NCBI GenBank assembly: GCA_004796385.1
Contig: QZLD01000267.1
Coordinates: forward strand, 1-56,290
Reading direction: 5' to 3'
Origin: Gammaproteobacteria bacterium
GTDB lineage: Bacteria; Pseudomonadota; Gammaproteobacteria; QZLD01
DNA length: 56,290 nt
The notes below the pieces were generated by a model. The model worked only from the letters and a program-made list of their open reading frames with translations. It was not told the origin of the DNA and did no database searches. The position numbers and the translations under genes are program-made. The number at the start of each line of letters is the position of its first letter. Within the stretch, counting starts at the first letter, position 1. Of the stretch, positions 18,050 through 26,510 are shown piece after piece.

Positions 18050-19702
18050 ATGGCCTCACCAGAGGGTGATAAAGATAAACTGAATAAGTTACGAAGTCGG
18101 TTTAAGGAAGAGTTGCCGGCAAAAATCGCAGATATTGAGTTTTGCTGGATCAATGTATTAAAAAACAATTCTAAAGAATCTCTGCATGCTATGTATCGCC
18201 TCGTTCATGATCTTTCTGCTTCCGGCGTTGCGCTGAAATATCCTCAGGTTAGTGAGCTTGCCAGAACAATTGATGTGGCTTTGCTTCCGGTTGTTGAGGG
18301 CGAAGAGCGTATTGGTGATGAGCTTAAAGACGTACTTGATGATTATCTTAAAGCGCTTTCCGACCTTGACCTTGATGATGATCCTGAAGTAGAGGTCGAA
18401 AGTTCTGATCAGTTGTTAGGTAGTGGTTATAAACTTCGAACTGAAGATTTTCTGGTTTACCTTTTAGAGGCTGATCGTGAGATATCTGAAGATATAGCAG
18501 ATCAGGTAAGCCATTTTGGTTACAGAGTTGAAATATTTCATTCATTCATTGATCTTTTTACCAGCCTTAGTGATGATCGTGCACCAGATGTTCTGGTTAT
18601 GTCGGTAAATATTCCCGGTGTGGAAATAACACCTGCTGAGGCTGCTGACCAGATAAGAAAAATAAGTTATAACGATCTTCCTGTAGTATTTCTTTCCGAT
18701 AATGATGATATTGAGCATCGTTTGATGGCGGCCAGATCAGGTGCGGATGCCTATTTTGTAAAGCCTATTGATGTACATGAAATGATAGATCAGCTTGATA
18801 AGCTTACCGGTGAAGAAAAGGTTGATCCGTTGCACATAGTTATCGTAGAAGATAGCGCTACCCAGTCACTATATTACTCTTCAATTCTGGAAAGGGCAGG
18901 AATGGAGACCAGTGTTATCAATGATCCTCTGGAGATTCTCACAGTTATGGAAGAGGTCTCGGCAGATATGATCCTGATGGATATGTATATGCCGAAATGC
19001 AGCGGTATGGAGTTGGCAAAGGTAATCAGGCAGTTTCCGGCCTATGCCAGTATTCCGATAGTTTTTCTTTCAGCAGAGACTCAAATAGAGCGGCAACTGG
19101 ATGCAATGAGTCTTGGTGGTGATGATTTTTTGACCAAGCCAATCAATCCTCCTCATCTTATTCGTTCGGTTGCCATAAGGGCTGAAAGAGCCAGAATACT
19201 TAGAACATTTATGATAACTGATAATCTTACAGGGCTTTTAAATCATACGAGAATAAAAGAACAGTTGATGCACGAAGTATCCAGAGCTGGACGTAAAAAA
19301 GGTGTTATGACCTTTGCAATGATAGATATAGATCACTTCAAAAATGTTAATGATACCCATGGGCATCATGTCGGTGACAGGGTAATAAAAAGTCTTGCTC
19401 GGGTTCTTCAGCAAAGATTGCGTCGCTCCGATTATATTGGTCGATATGGTGGTGAGGAATTTGCGGTTGTATTGCCGGATGCCGATGCAGAACTTGCGAC
19501 AAGAGTTCTTGATGAGATCAGAAAGAACTTCGGAGGTATCAGGCAACACTCTCCCAAAGGAGATTTTGCAGTTACATTCAGTGGAGGAATTGCAACTTTT
19601 CCTGAGTGTAAAGATGCTACTGAGCTTGCTCTTGAGGCCGATAAAGCTCTTTATGTGGCAAAAGAAAGAGGCAGAAACTGCATAGTTAAATTCAGTAAAT
19701 AA
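18050..19702 (+). CDS. Hpt - degenerate receiver - receiver - GGDEF diguanylate cyclase
   Basis: 550 aa. It has an N-terminal Hpt-like helix with His (LVHDLSASG). The first REC-like domain has Ser where the phospho-Asp belongs (PDVLVMSVNIPG). The second REC is canonical (IVEDS, ILMDMYMP, FLSAE, TKP). The GGDEF domain carries RYGGEEF and an RxxD I-site (RRSD) five residues upstream. Confidence 0.85.
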   Translation: MASPEGDKDKLNKLRSRFKEELPAKIADIEFCWINVLKNNSKESLHAMYRLVHDLSASGVALKYPQVSELARTIDVALLPVVEGEERIGDELKDVLDDYLKALSDLDLDDDPEVEVESSDQLLGSGYKLRTEDFLVYLLEADREISEDIADQVSHFGYRVEIFHSFIDLFTSLSDDRAPDVLVMSVNIPGVEITPAEAADQIRKISYNDLPVVFLSDNDDIEHRLMAARSGADAYFVKPIDVHEMIDQLDKLTGEEKVDPLHIVIVEDSATQSLYYSSILERAGMETSVINDPLEILTVMEEVSADMILMDMYMPKCSGMELAKVIRQFPAYASIPIVFLSAETQIERQLDAMSLGGDDFLTKPINPPHLIRSVAIRAERARILRTFMITDNLTGLLNHTRIKEQLMHEVSRAGRKKGVMTFAMIDIDHFKNVNDTHGHHVGDRVIKSLARVLQQRLRRSDYIGRYGGEEFAVVLPDADAELATRVLDEIRKNFGGIRQHSPKGDFAVTFSGGIATFPECKDATELALEADKALYVAKERGRNCIVKFSK

Positions 19703-19722
19703 TCGTTGTATATGGTAAAAAG

Positions 19723-20262
19723 ATGGCTGAATATGTTTTTAAAGGATATATGTGTCAGGGTATTCACCTTGTAGATGGTGGTTATATAGGAGTAATGTCC
19801 TGGGATGTGGATAAAACCAAGTCGCATATATTTGAATTATGGTATTTTGATGGCAAAGGTACCAGGAATTGTCTCTATTCTTCTGAACCGGCTAAAGAGA
19901 TAATATTGCCTCATTATAATTTTGATGATTATCATGAAGCTGAATTTTCAGAAAAATGGATAACCGATAATTTGCTTGAAATAACGGTTATCGGTAAAAA
20001 AGATAAAATTTCAATAAAAATAGAGGCGGAAGAGTGGCATTTATGGGGAAAGGCCACAATAGAAGGGGTAACTGAAAATAAATATCGCTATACGCATGAA
20101 CCGGAGCAGATGGCATTTTGTCGGTCTGTAGAGATAGTCATTAATGGCAAAGCAGTAGAAGTGCAGAATGATCAAAGTGAGATATTATTTGTAGGTACTG
20201 CTCCAATGCCGAATAAACCTCTTCTGACAAAATGTATCAGAAGAGTTTATCCTCCCGAGTAG
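19723..20262 (+). CDS. Hypothetical protein, probably co-transcribed with the GGDEF gene
   Basis: 179 aa starting 20 nt after the GGDEF stop on the same strand. No TM segment and no motif that I recognise. Confidence 0.5.
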   Translation: MAEYVFKGYMCQGIHLVDGGYIGVMSWDVDKTKSHIFELWYFDGKGTRNCLYSSEPAKEIILPHYNFDDYHEAEFSEKWITDNLLEITVIGKKDKISIKIEAEEWHLWGKATIEGVTENKYRYTHEPEQMAFCRSVEIVINGKAVEVQNDQSEILFVGTAPMPNKPLLTKCIRRVYPPE

Positions 20263-20276
20263 TTTTATTCTTACCG

Positions 20277-21938
20277 CTATCCTAAATTGATTTTAACTTT
20301 GTGATGAACTTTCTTTAACGCATCAGAAAGATTATTGCAGAAGTTTGATTTTCCAACCGATTCGATTATTCCTGCACGTTCCATTTTGTGCCTGACTTTG
20401 CTGTTTGCTCCGGAAATAATTACATTTGTGCCATAGCTTTTTAATTTATGAATAACCTCTTCCAGAGTAATAAGTCCGGTAACATCAATAAATGGCACCT
20501 CTTCCAGCCTTATAATAAGGTTTTTGATTTCAGTATTCGACATAGACAGAGCTTCTTCAAATTTTTCTGCAACCCCAAAAAAGAAGGGGCCATCAATAGT
20601 AAATATCATTATGTTATCAGGATTTAAAGGTATGTCAGTTTCATGATTATTGAAAATAATATCAGTTCTTGACTCCTGTTTTATCTCTACACTGGAAGCC
20701 ATTCTTCTCATAAAGTGCAGGGTAGCAAGTATTACTCCTATATTTACAGCAATAACCAGATCGGCAAATACAGTGAGAGAGAAAGTAACCAATAGAATAA
20801 CAATATCGGCTTTTGGAGCACCTTTTAGTATTTTAAAGAAATGTTTAGCTTCGCTCATATTCCACGAAACTATAAAGAGTATTGCCGCAAGTGTAGCCAG
20901 AGGAATGTCTTTTGCCAGTGGTGCAAGAAACATAAGAATCATAACAAGAGTTATTGAATGAACAATTCCTGCCAGAGGGCTGTTGCCGCCGTTTTTTATA
21001 TTGGTGGCAGTTCTGGCAATGGCTCCTGTTGCAGCAATCCCTCCGAATAAAGGAGAGACAATATTGGCTATTCCTTGTCCGACAAGTTCCTGATTAGAGT
21101 TATGTTTGGTTCCGGTCATGCCATCTGCAACAACTGCAGAAAGTAGCGATTCAATAGAACCAAGCATGGCAATAGTAAATGCCGGGCCGATTAACTCAGT
21201 AATTTTAACTACAGTTATTTCAGGGATATTCAAATCAGGCAGGCCGCCGGGAATTCCTCCATCAAATGCAGAGCCTATGGTTTCTATACCTTTAAATCTG
21301 AATATCATATGCAGAGATGTGGTAGTCAGAAGGGCAATTAAAGGGGCTGGAATCTTTTTTATCCATTTTACTTTCGGGGTGATTACAAGGATCATCAGTG
21401 CCATTAGCCCAATTAGGGTGGTAGATAAATTAAGATGTGGTAATTTTTGTAAGATGCAGCTTAATTTGTCTATAAAATGTTCTCCGCTAACCTCTTTAAG
21501 GCCAAAAAAATTGGGCCATTGACCAATAAAAATTATTACAGCAATTCCAGATGTAAAACCAATGATTACCGGATCAGGGATATATTTAATAACCCCACCC
21601 ATCTTGGTTAGGCCAAGAAGAATCAGAATTAATCCAGCCATAATTGTTGCTATTTGAAGGCCTGCAAAGCCGTATTTAGCTGTTATTCCGGAAAGAACAA
21701 CAATAAATGCGCCTGTTGGCCCTGCAATCTGAACGTTTGTTCCTCCGAAGATAGAAACAATAGCGCCAGCAATAAAAGCAGTATACAGGCCTTGTGCAGG
21801 GGCAACGCCGCTGGCTATGGCAAAGGCCATTGCCAGAGGTAAAGCAACAATGCCGACAACAATTCCTGAAAAAATATTATTGATAATATTGTTTTTAGAA
21901 AAAGCCTTGTTTTTATACGCATCAATTATGGCGAGCAT
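20277..21938 (-). CDS. SulP-family anion transporter with C-terminal STAS domain
   Basis: 553 aa and polytopic, with SulP-like segments (GIVVGIVALPLAMAFAIASG, NQELVGQGIANIVSPLFGGIAATGAIARTA). The C-terminal ~120 aa are soluble and STAS-like (FTIDGPFFFGVAEKF...FIDVTGLITLEEV). Confidence 0.85.
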   Translation of the reverse strand: MLAIIDAYKNKAFSKNNIINNIFSGIVVGIVALPLAMAFAIASGVAPAQGLYTAFIAGAIVSIFGGTNVQIAGPTGAFIVVLSGITAKYGFAGLQIATIMAGLILILLGLTKMGGVIKYIPDPVIIGFTSGIAVIIFIGQWPNFFGLKEVSGEHFIDKLSCILQKLPHLNLSTTLIGLMALMILVITPKVKWIKKIPAPLIALLTTTSLHMIFRFKGIETIGSAFDGGIPGGLPDLNIPEITVVKITELIGPAFTIAMLGSIESLLSAVVADGMTGTKHNSNQELVGQGIANIVSPLFGGIAATGAIARTATNIKNGGNSPLAGIVHSITLVMILMFLAPLAKDIPLATLAAILFIVSWNMSEAKHFFKILKGAPKADIVILLVTFSLTVFADLVIAVNIGVILATLHFMRRMASSVEIKQESRTDIIFNNHETDIPLNPDNIMIFTIDGPFFFGVAEKFEEALSMSNTEIKNLIIRLEEVPFIDVTGLITLEEVIHKLKSYGTNVIISGANSKVRHKMERAGIIESVGKSNFCNNLSDALKKVHHKVKINLG

Positions 21939-22426
21939 ATGGCATATTCCTTAATACGATAACTATGGTTAAAAATCAGAGTACTTAGTGCTTATACCCT
22001 CCTGATAGTCAGTCAATATAGCGTTGGCGGACTACTGGAGCAGGAACCAAATATCATTGGATTACCAGCTAAAATCAATTTAATTCAGTACACTATTTAT
22101 GTCGGGTATATTTTAAAAGTCAGGATTGGAAAAATCGTAAAGATAATCCTCAAGTGACACTCAATAAAAATAGCGGCCAACGTGTCCTTGTGTTTATAAA
22201 GTAGTGCTTGTGACAGGCGGTGCCTGAAAATATGAGATGCTTTATTGCCGCTGCGGATCGCTTATCCAAAAACAGTGAATTTTTGTATTGCTCCAATCCG
22301 TGAGGCGAATATGTTACAAAATTACTAATGATCTTACAATTAAACAAAATGACTTTTCTATAAGCGCTTGTTTTTTATTATGGTTATTACTATGTTTAAG
22401 AGTAGGATTTGAAAAGGAGTTTTGAT

Positions 22427-22921
22427 ATGCCAATGGATGATGACGAGCAGGAAGAGAATAGTCAAAAACGACTTCCGGAAGATCACCTGCACAAATCGGT
22501 AACGAAAGCCGGATTGATAATTTTGGCAATAGCTTTTTATATGTTGCTTTATCCTATGTGGGATGTACTTAAAGGTTATTCTGATGCAGAAGGGGTTTAT
22601 GAGCCTCTTAAAGAGCAGTTTACCAGCCTGAAAAAAGAGCAGACTGAGTTGGCTAAAGCTGATCCGGAATCTCCGGTTATTGAAGAGTTGATAGAAAAGC
22701 AGAAGGTGATGCAGATTAAGCTGGTGGAAAAGCTCGGAGAATATCGATTTTTTCAGAGAAAATTCATCATATTTCTGGTGGTTATGTTGCTGTTTTTTCT
22801 TACAGGGATGATAACTGCTATTGTCGGTTTAGCTATGTGTTCGGAATATCGTTCTAATTTTAAGGAAGATAAGAAAAAAGATGAAGAAGAGGATGACGAA
22901 GAAGGCGGGGATAGAGAGTAA
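22427..22921 (+). CDS. Hypothetical two-TM membrane protein with acidic termini
   Basis: 164 aa from the ATG at 22427, preceded by AAGGAG at 22414-22419. It has two hydrophobic helices separated by a charged helical segment, and a KKKDEEEDDEEGGDRE tail. It lies upstream of the RND operon on the same strand. Confidence 0.5.
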   Translation: MPMDDDEQEENSQKRLPEDHLHKSVTKAGLIILAIAFYMLLYPMWDVLKGYSDAEGVYEPLKEQFTSLKKEQTELAKADPESPVIEELIEKQKVMQIKLVEKLGEYRFFQRKFIIFLVVMLLFFLTGMITAIVGLAMCSEYRSNFKEDKKKDEEEDDEEGGDRE

Positions 22922-23034
22922 CTTCGTTTCGGATGCTTATCAGTCAGTATAATCCCATTCTTTATGAGTCTGATTCGGCCTATTTATGCTATTATCGCGC
23001 AGGGTTATTCTCGTATTTATCAGTCAGGAATTAT

Positions 23035-25395
23035 ATGAAACCGATAAGAGCACTACTGCTGTTTTTGTTTTTACCTCTTTGTGTTTTTGCAGGAGAGAAA
23101 AAGGTAAATATAACAGCTGTATTTGATAGTTATGGAGATTCTGTTGCCGCTGATTTATGGGCACAGGTTATTTCCGAAACCAGAGGGTTGCTTAACGAAG
23201 AGTATAATATTGAATTTTCGGAAACATATATAGCAGTCGAAACAAAAGGAAAAAAGCGCAGATATGTAGATAAGATAAATGAAGAGCTGCAAAAAGCCGA
23301 TGTCGATATAATTATAACAATGGGGGCTTTGGTTTCAGATGCAGCGTCAAAGGTGGAAAAACCATCAAAAAACATTATTGCTCCCATAGTAATTGACGCT
23401 AAGTTGCAGGGGTTTCCTGAGAATAAAAGTAAAAGCGGGACTATATTCAGTGGCCGGAATAACTTTACATACTTAACTTCTTACCAAACAGTTCAGAGGG
23501 ATTTAGGAGCTTTTTATGAAATGCTTGGTTTTAAAAGTTTGCTTGTAATAGTAAATAAAAATATTACCAGCGCCTCTTTTTTTCAAAGATTAAGAAAATA
23601 CAGTGAAAAAAACTCGATATTCTCAATAAATATTGCAGCTATTGAAGATGAAAGCGATATTGAAAAACTTGATTTGTCTGTTGCTGATGCTGTTTATTTT
23701 ACCCCGTTGGGTGTTGCTGAAGAAACAAAGCAAATATTGATAGATAAAATTAATAAGGCCGGGATTCCGTCATTTTCTATGTATGGAAAAAGCGATGTGG
23801 AATCGGGGGTTTTAATGGCTGCTACAGATAACGATAACAATGCTCGTTTAGCCAGAAGGATAGCCCTTTCGGTTCAAAGCATATTGTCAGGGGAAGAGGC
23901 TGCTTATCTGTCTACTGATTTCAGAAAAGAGTTTGAGCTTGTAATAAATATGAAGACAGCAGCAGAAATCGGATTTTATCCGAATTGGGAGCTGCTTGCG
24001 GAAGCTGAACTTATAAATGCAGACAGAGGGCGGAATTTTCCGGATATGAGTATGCGGAATCTGGTAGATCTGGCTATTAAGAATAACCTTTCACTGGAGT
24101 CGGCAGGTATAGGTCTTAAGATGGGAGAAGAGAATGTAAGTTCTGCAGCGGCAAAGTTAAGACCGAAAGTGGGTTTGGGCTTGACTGAGGTTAGACTTGA
24201 TGAAGAACATGTTTCCCCTTTTCAGTATCAAAACGAAACCAGGGCAGGGATTTCAATAGAGCAAGTGGTATTTTCGGAGATGGCTTGGGCTGGATATTCA
24301 ACCGAGAAGTTATTACAAAAGGCTCGTAGTGAGGAGTATAAATCCTATAAAAAAGATATCGTTTATCAGGCTGGAAAGTTATATTTGACTCTATTGCAGA
24401 TTGATTCACTTAAGAAAATAGCCCTTGGTAACCTGAAGATAACCAAAAACAATCTCAGATTAGCGCGGTTGCGGGAGTCGGTAGGTTATTCCGGTCGCGC
24501 AGATATTTATCGTTGGCAGAGTGAGGTTAATAACGATAGAAAGGAACTGGCTCAGATAATATCTGCATATAAACAGATGTTGATTAAGTTAAATGCAGTT
24601 ATTGGGGCTGATCAGGAGAAGGAGTATAACCTGCAGGAGCCGGATAAAGATGGTTCATTTCCGCTTTTGTGTAATGGGAAAATTCTTAAATATATTGAAA
24701 ATCCACGTTCATTTGCTGTTTTCAGGGATTTTGCTGTAGAGCAAGGATTAGAATCATCCAATAAGGTCAGGCAGATCGAAAATACTGTAGCAGCTTTAAA
24801 AAAGGGGTTGTTAGCGGTAAAAGCGGATCGTTATATTCCTAATATTGGAATTAAAGGTGAGGTTTCAGAGTTATTGGATTATTCCGGTGCAGGTGGACAG
24901 ATGCTTTTAGGAAAGGATGAGACTAGCTGGAATCTCGGTTTATCCGTATCGTGGGATCTTTACTCCGGCGGTAGTAAATCTGCCGATATTCGCAGAGGAG
25001 AGTTTCGTTTGCATAAGACAATGGTGGACCTCAAGGCTTTTAAAGAGGAAAAATCGGCTCAGATCAGGGCTGCTTTGCAAAAGATTTCCGGCTCTTATCC
25101 AGCAATAAAGTTTAGTAAAGATTCTGCTCTGGCGGCAGCAAAAAATCTGGAGTTGGTGCAGGATGCCTATGCAAAAGGAGCGGTATCGGTTACAGAACTT
25201 ATCGATTCACAGAATGCAGCATTTGTTGCCGAACAAGCAGTAGTTAAGTCAAAGTATGACTTTTTGCTGGACTACCTTGATTATCAGCGTGCAGTCGGGG
25301 TATTTTCCATGCACTTTTCAAAGGCAGATGAAAATAGTTGGTTTGTAAGGTTAAACAGCTTTTTTAAAAAGCGGGGAATAGATATTAGAAGATGA
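23035..25395 (+). CDS. TolC-family outer-membrane efflux factor with an N-terminal periplasmic solute-binding-protein-like domain
   Basis: 786 aa from the ATG at 23035, with signal peptide MKPIRALLLFLFLPLCVFAG. The first ~310 mature residues resemble the ABC_sub_bind (PF04392-type) periplasmic binding fold: KKVNITAVFDS, DIIITMGALVSDAA, IIAPIVID, GIPSFSMYG..GVLMA and ELVINMKTAAEIGFYP. The C-terminal ~450 aa carry two OEP/TolC repeats. An ATGA overlap joins it to the next gene. Confidence 0.8.
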   Translation: MKPIRALLLFLFLPLCVFAGEKKVNITAVFDSYGDSVAADLWAQVISETRGLLNEEYNIEFSETYIAVETKGKKRRYVDKINEELQKADVDIIITMGALVSDAASKVEKPSKNIIAPIVIDAKLQGFPENKSKSGTIFSGRNNFTYLTSYQTVQRDLGAFYEMLGFKSLLVIVNKNITSASFFQRLRKYSEKNSIFSINIAAIEDESDIEKLDLSVADAVYFTPLGVAEETKQILIDKINKAGIPSFSMYGKSDVESGVLMAATDNDNNARLARRIALSVQSILSGEEAAYLSTDFRKEFELVINMKTAAEIGFYPNWELLAEAELINADRGRNFPDMSMRNLVDLAIKNNLSLESAGIGLKMGEENVSSAAAKLRPKVGLGLTEVRLDEEHVSPFQYQNETRAGISIEQVVFSEMAWAGYSTEKLLQKARSEEYKSYKKDIVYQAGKLYLTLLQIDSLKKIALGNLKITKNNLRLARLRESVGYSGRADIYRWQSEVNNDRKELAQIISAYKQMLIKLNAVIGADQEKEYNLQEPDKDGSFPLLCNGKILKYIENPRSFAVFRDFAVEQGLESSNKVRQIENTVAALKKGLLAVKADRYIPNIGIKGEVSELLDYSGAGGQMLLGKDETSWNLGLSVSWDLYSGGSKSADIRRGEFRLHKTMVDLKAFKEEKSAQIRAALQKISGSYPAIKFSKDSALAAAKNLELVQDAYAKGAVSVTELIDSQNAAFVAEQAVVKSKYDFLLDYLDYQRAVGVFSMHFSKADENSWFVRLNSFFKKRGIDIRR

Positions 25396-26510
25396 AACGT
25401 CAAATAGCAAATGGCTGTGCCGTTTTAAGTATTTTGTTCTTATTGGTGGCAGGCTGCAAAGATAAGAATAAAGCTCCTTTGAAAGAGATAATAAGGCCAG
25501 TTAGATATCAGTTGGTTACTCAATCAGATACAGGTGTGAGTAAGGGTTTTTCAGGCATGGCTCAATCTGCACTTCAGGCAACTATGAGCTTTAAGGTTTC
25601 AGGAACAGTAAAAAGAATAGCTATAAAGGTTGGTGATCAGCTAAAAAAGGGAGATGAAATTGCTGTTCTTGATGCGCGTGATTACGAATTAAAGGTTGCT
25701 GAAATAAGTGCAGGAGTTAATAGAATAGAATCTCAGTTGCGTAATGCCAGAGCAGTTTATAAAAGATCGCGCAAGCTATATGAGCATCGCAATATTTCCC
25801 GTAATGATTATGATGCAGCCAAGGCAGCATATGAATCGACACAGTCATTGCTGGAATCCACTAAAAAACAGTTACAGCTGGTCAGAAGGCAGTTGCAGTA
25901 TACTAAGTTAAAGGCTGATGAAAAGTGCAGCGTAGCAGCTAAGTTGGTTAAAAGAAATGAGAATGTTGCTCCGGGGCAGCCTGTAGCAATATTGAATTGC
26001 GGTGACAGAATCGAGGTGGAGACAGCGGTACCGGAAATATATATATCCAATGTAAAAGAGAGCGAAAAGGTAAAAGTTAGATTCGATGCCTTTCCTGAAA
26101 AAATATTTACAGCGAAAGTATCCGAGGTTGGAGTGGCTTCGGTAAGCAGCCTGACGGCATTTCCTGTAACGGTGATTCTTGATAAGGGCAGTAATGGTAT
26201 CAGGAGTGGTATGACTGCCGAAGTTATGATTCCGGTAGATGATAGTGAAGAAACGCTATATATAATCAATCCAAAGGCTGTTCAGCATGATGGGGAAAGC
26301 ACATTCGTATATAAGCTGACCTCTTTAGGAGTTGGAGATAATTCAGTATATACCGTATCTAAAGACAAAGTATTAATTGGAAAGCTGCGTGCAGATGGAA
26401 TAGTTGTAAAGGAAGGTCTATCAGATGGAGATATGATAGTTACAGCAGGACACAGAACACTTTATCCGGGAATAAAGGTTAGGCTGCTGGAGACAGAAGG
26501 TAGCAAATGA
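25392..26510 (+). CDS. RND efflux periplasmic adaptor (membrane fusion protein)
   Basis: 372 aa with a lipoprotein-like N-terminus (LLVAGCKD), a biotinyl/lipoyl-like hairpin (GTVKRIAIKVGDQLKKGDEIAVLD) and a coiled-coil segment. ATGA overlaps occur at both ends. Confidence 0.88.
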   Translation: MKRQIANGCAVLSILFLLVAGCKDKNKAPLKEIIRPVRYQLVTQSDTGVSKGFSGMAQSALQATMSFKVSGTVKRIAIKVGDQLKKGDEIAVLDARDYELKVAEISAGVNRIESQLRNARAVYKRSRKLYEHRNISRNDYDAAKAAYESTQSLLESTKKQLQLVRRQLQYTKLKADEKCSVAAKLVKRNENVAPGQPVAILNCGDRIEVETAVPEIYISNVKESEKVKVRFDAFPEKIFTAKVSEVGVASVSSLTAFPVTVILDKGSNGIRSGMTAEVMIPVDDSEETLYIINPKAVQHDGESTFVYKLTSLGVGDNSVYTVSKDKVLIGKLRADGIVVKEGLSDGDMIVTAGHRTLYPGIKVRLLETEGSK

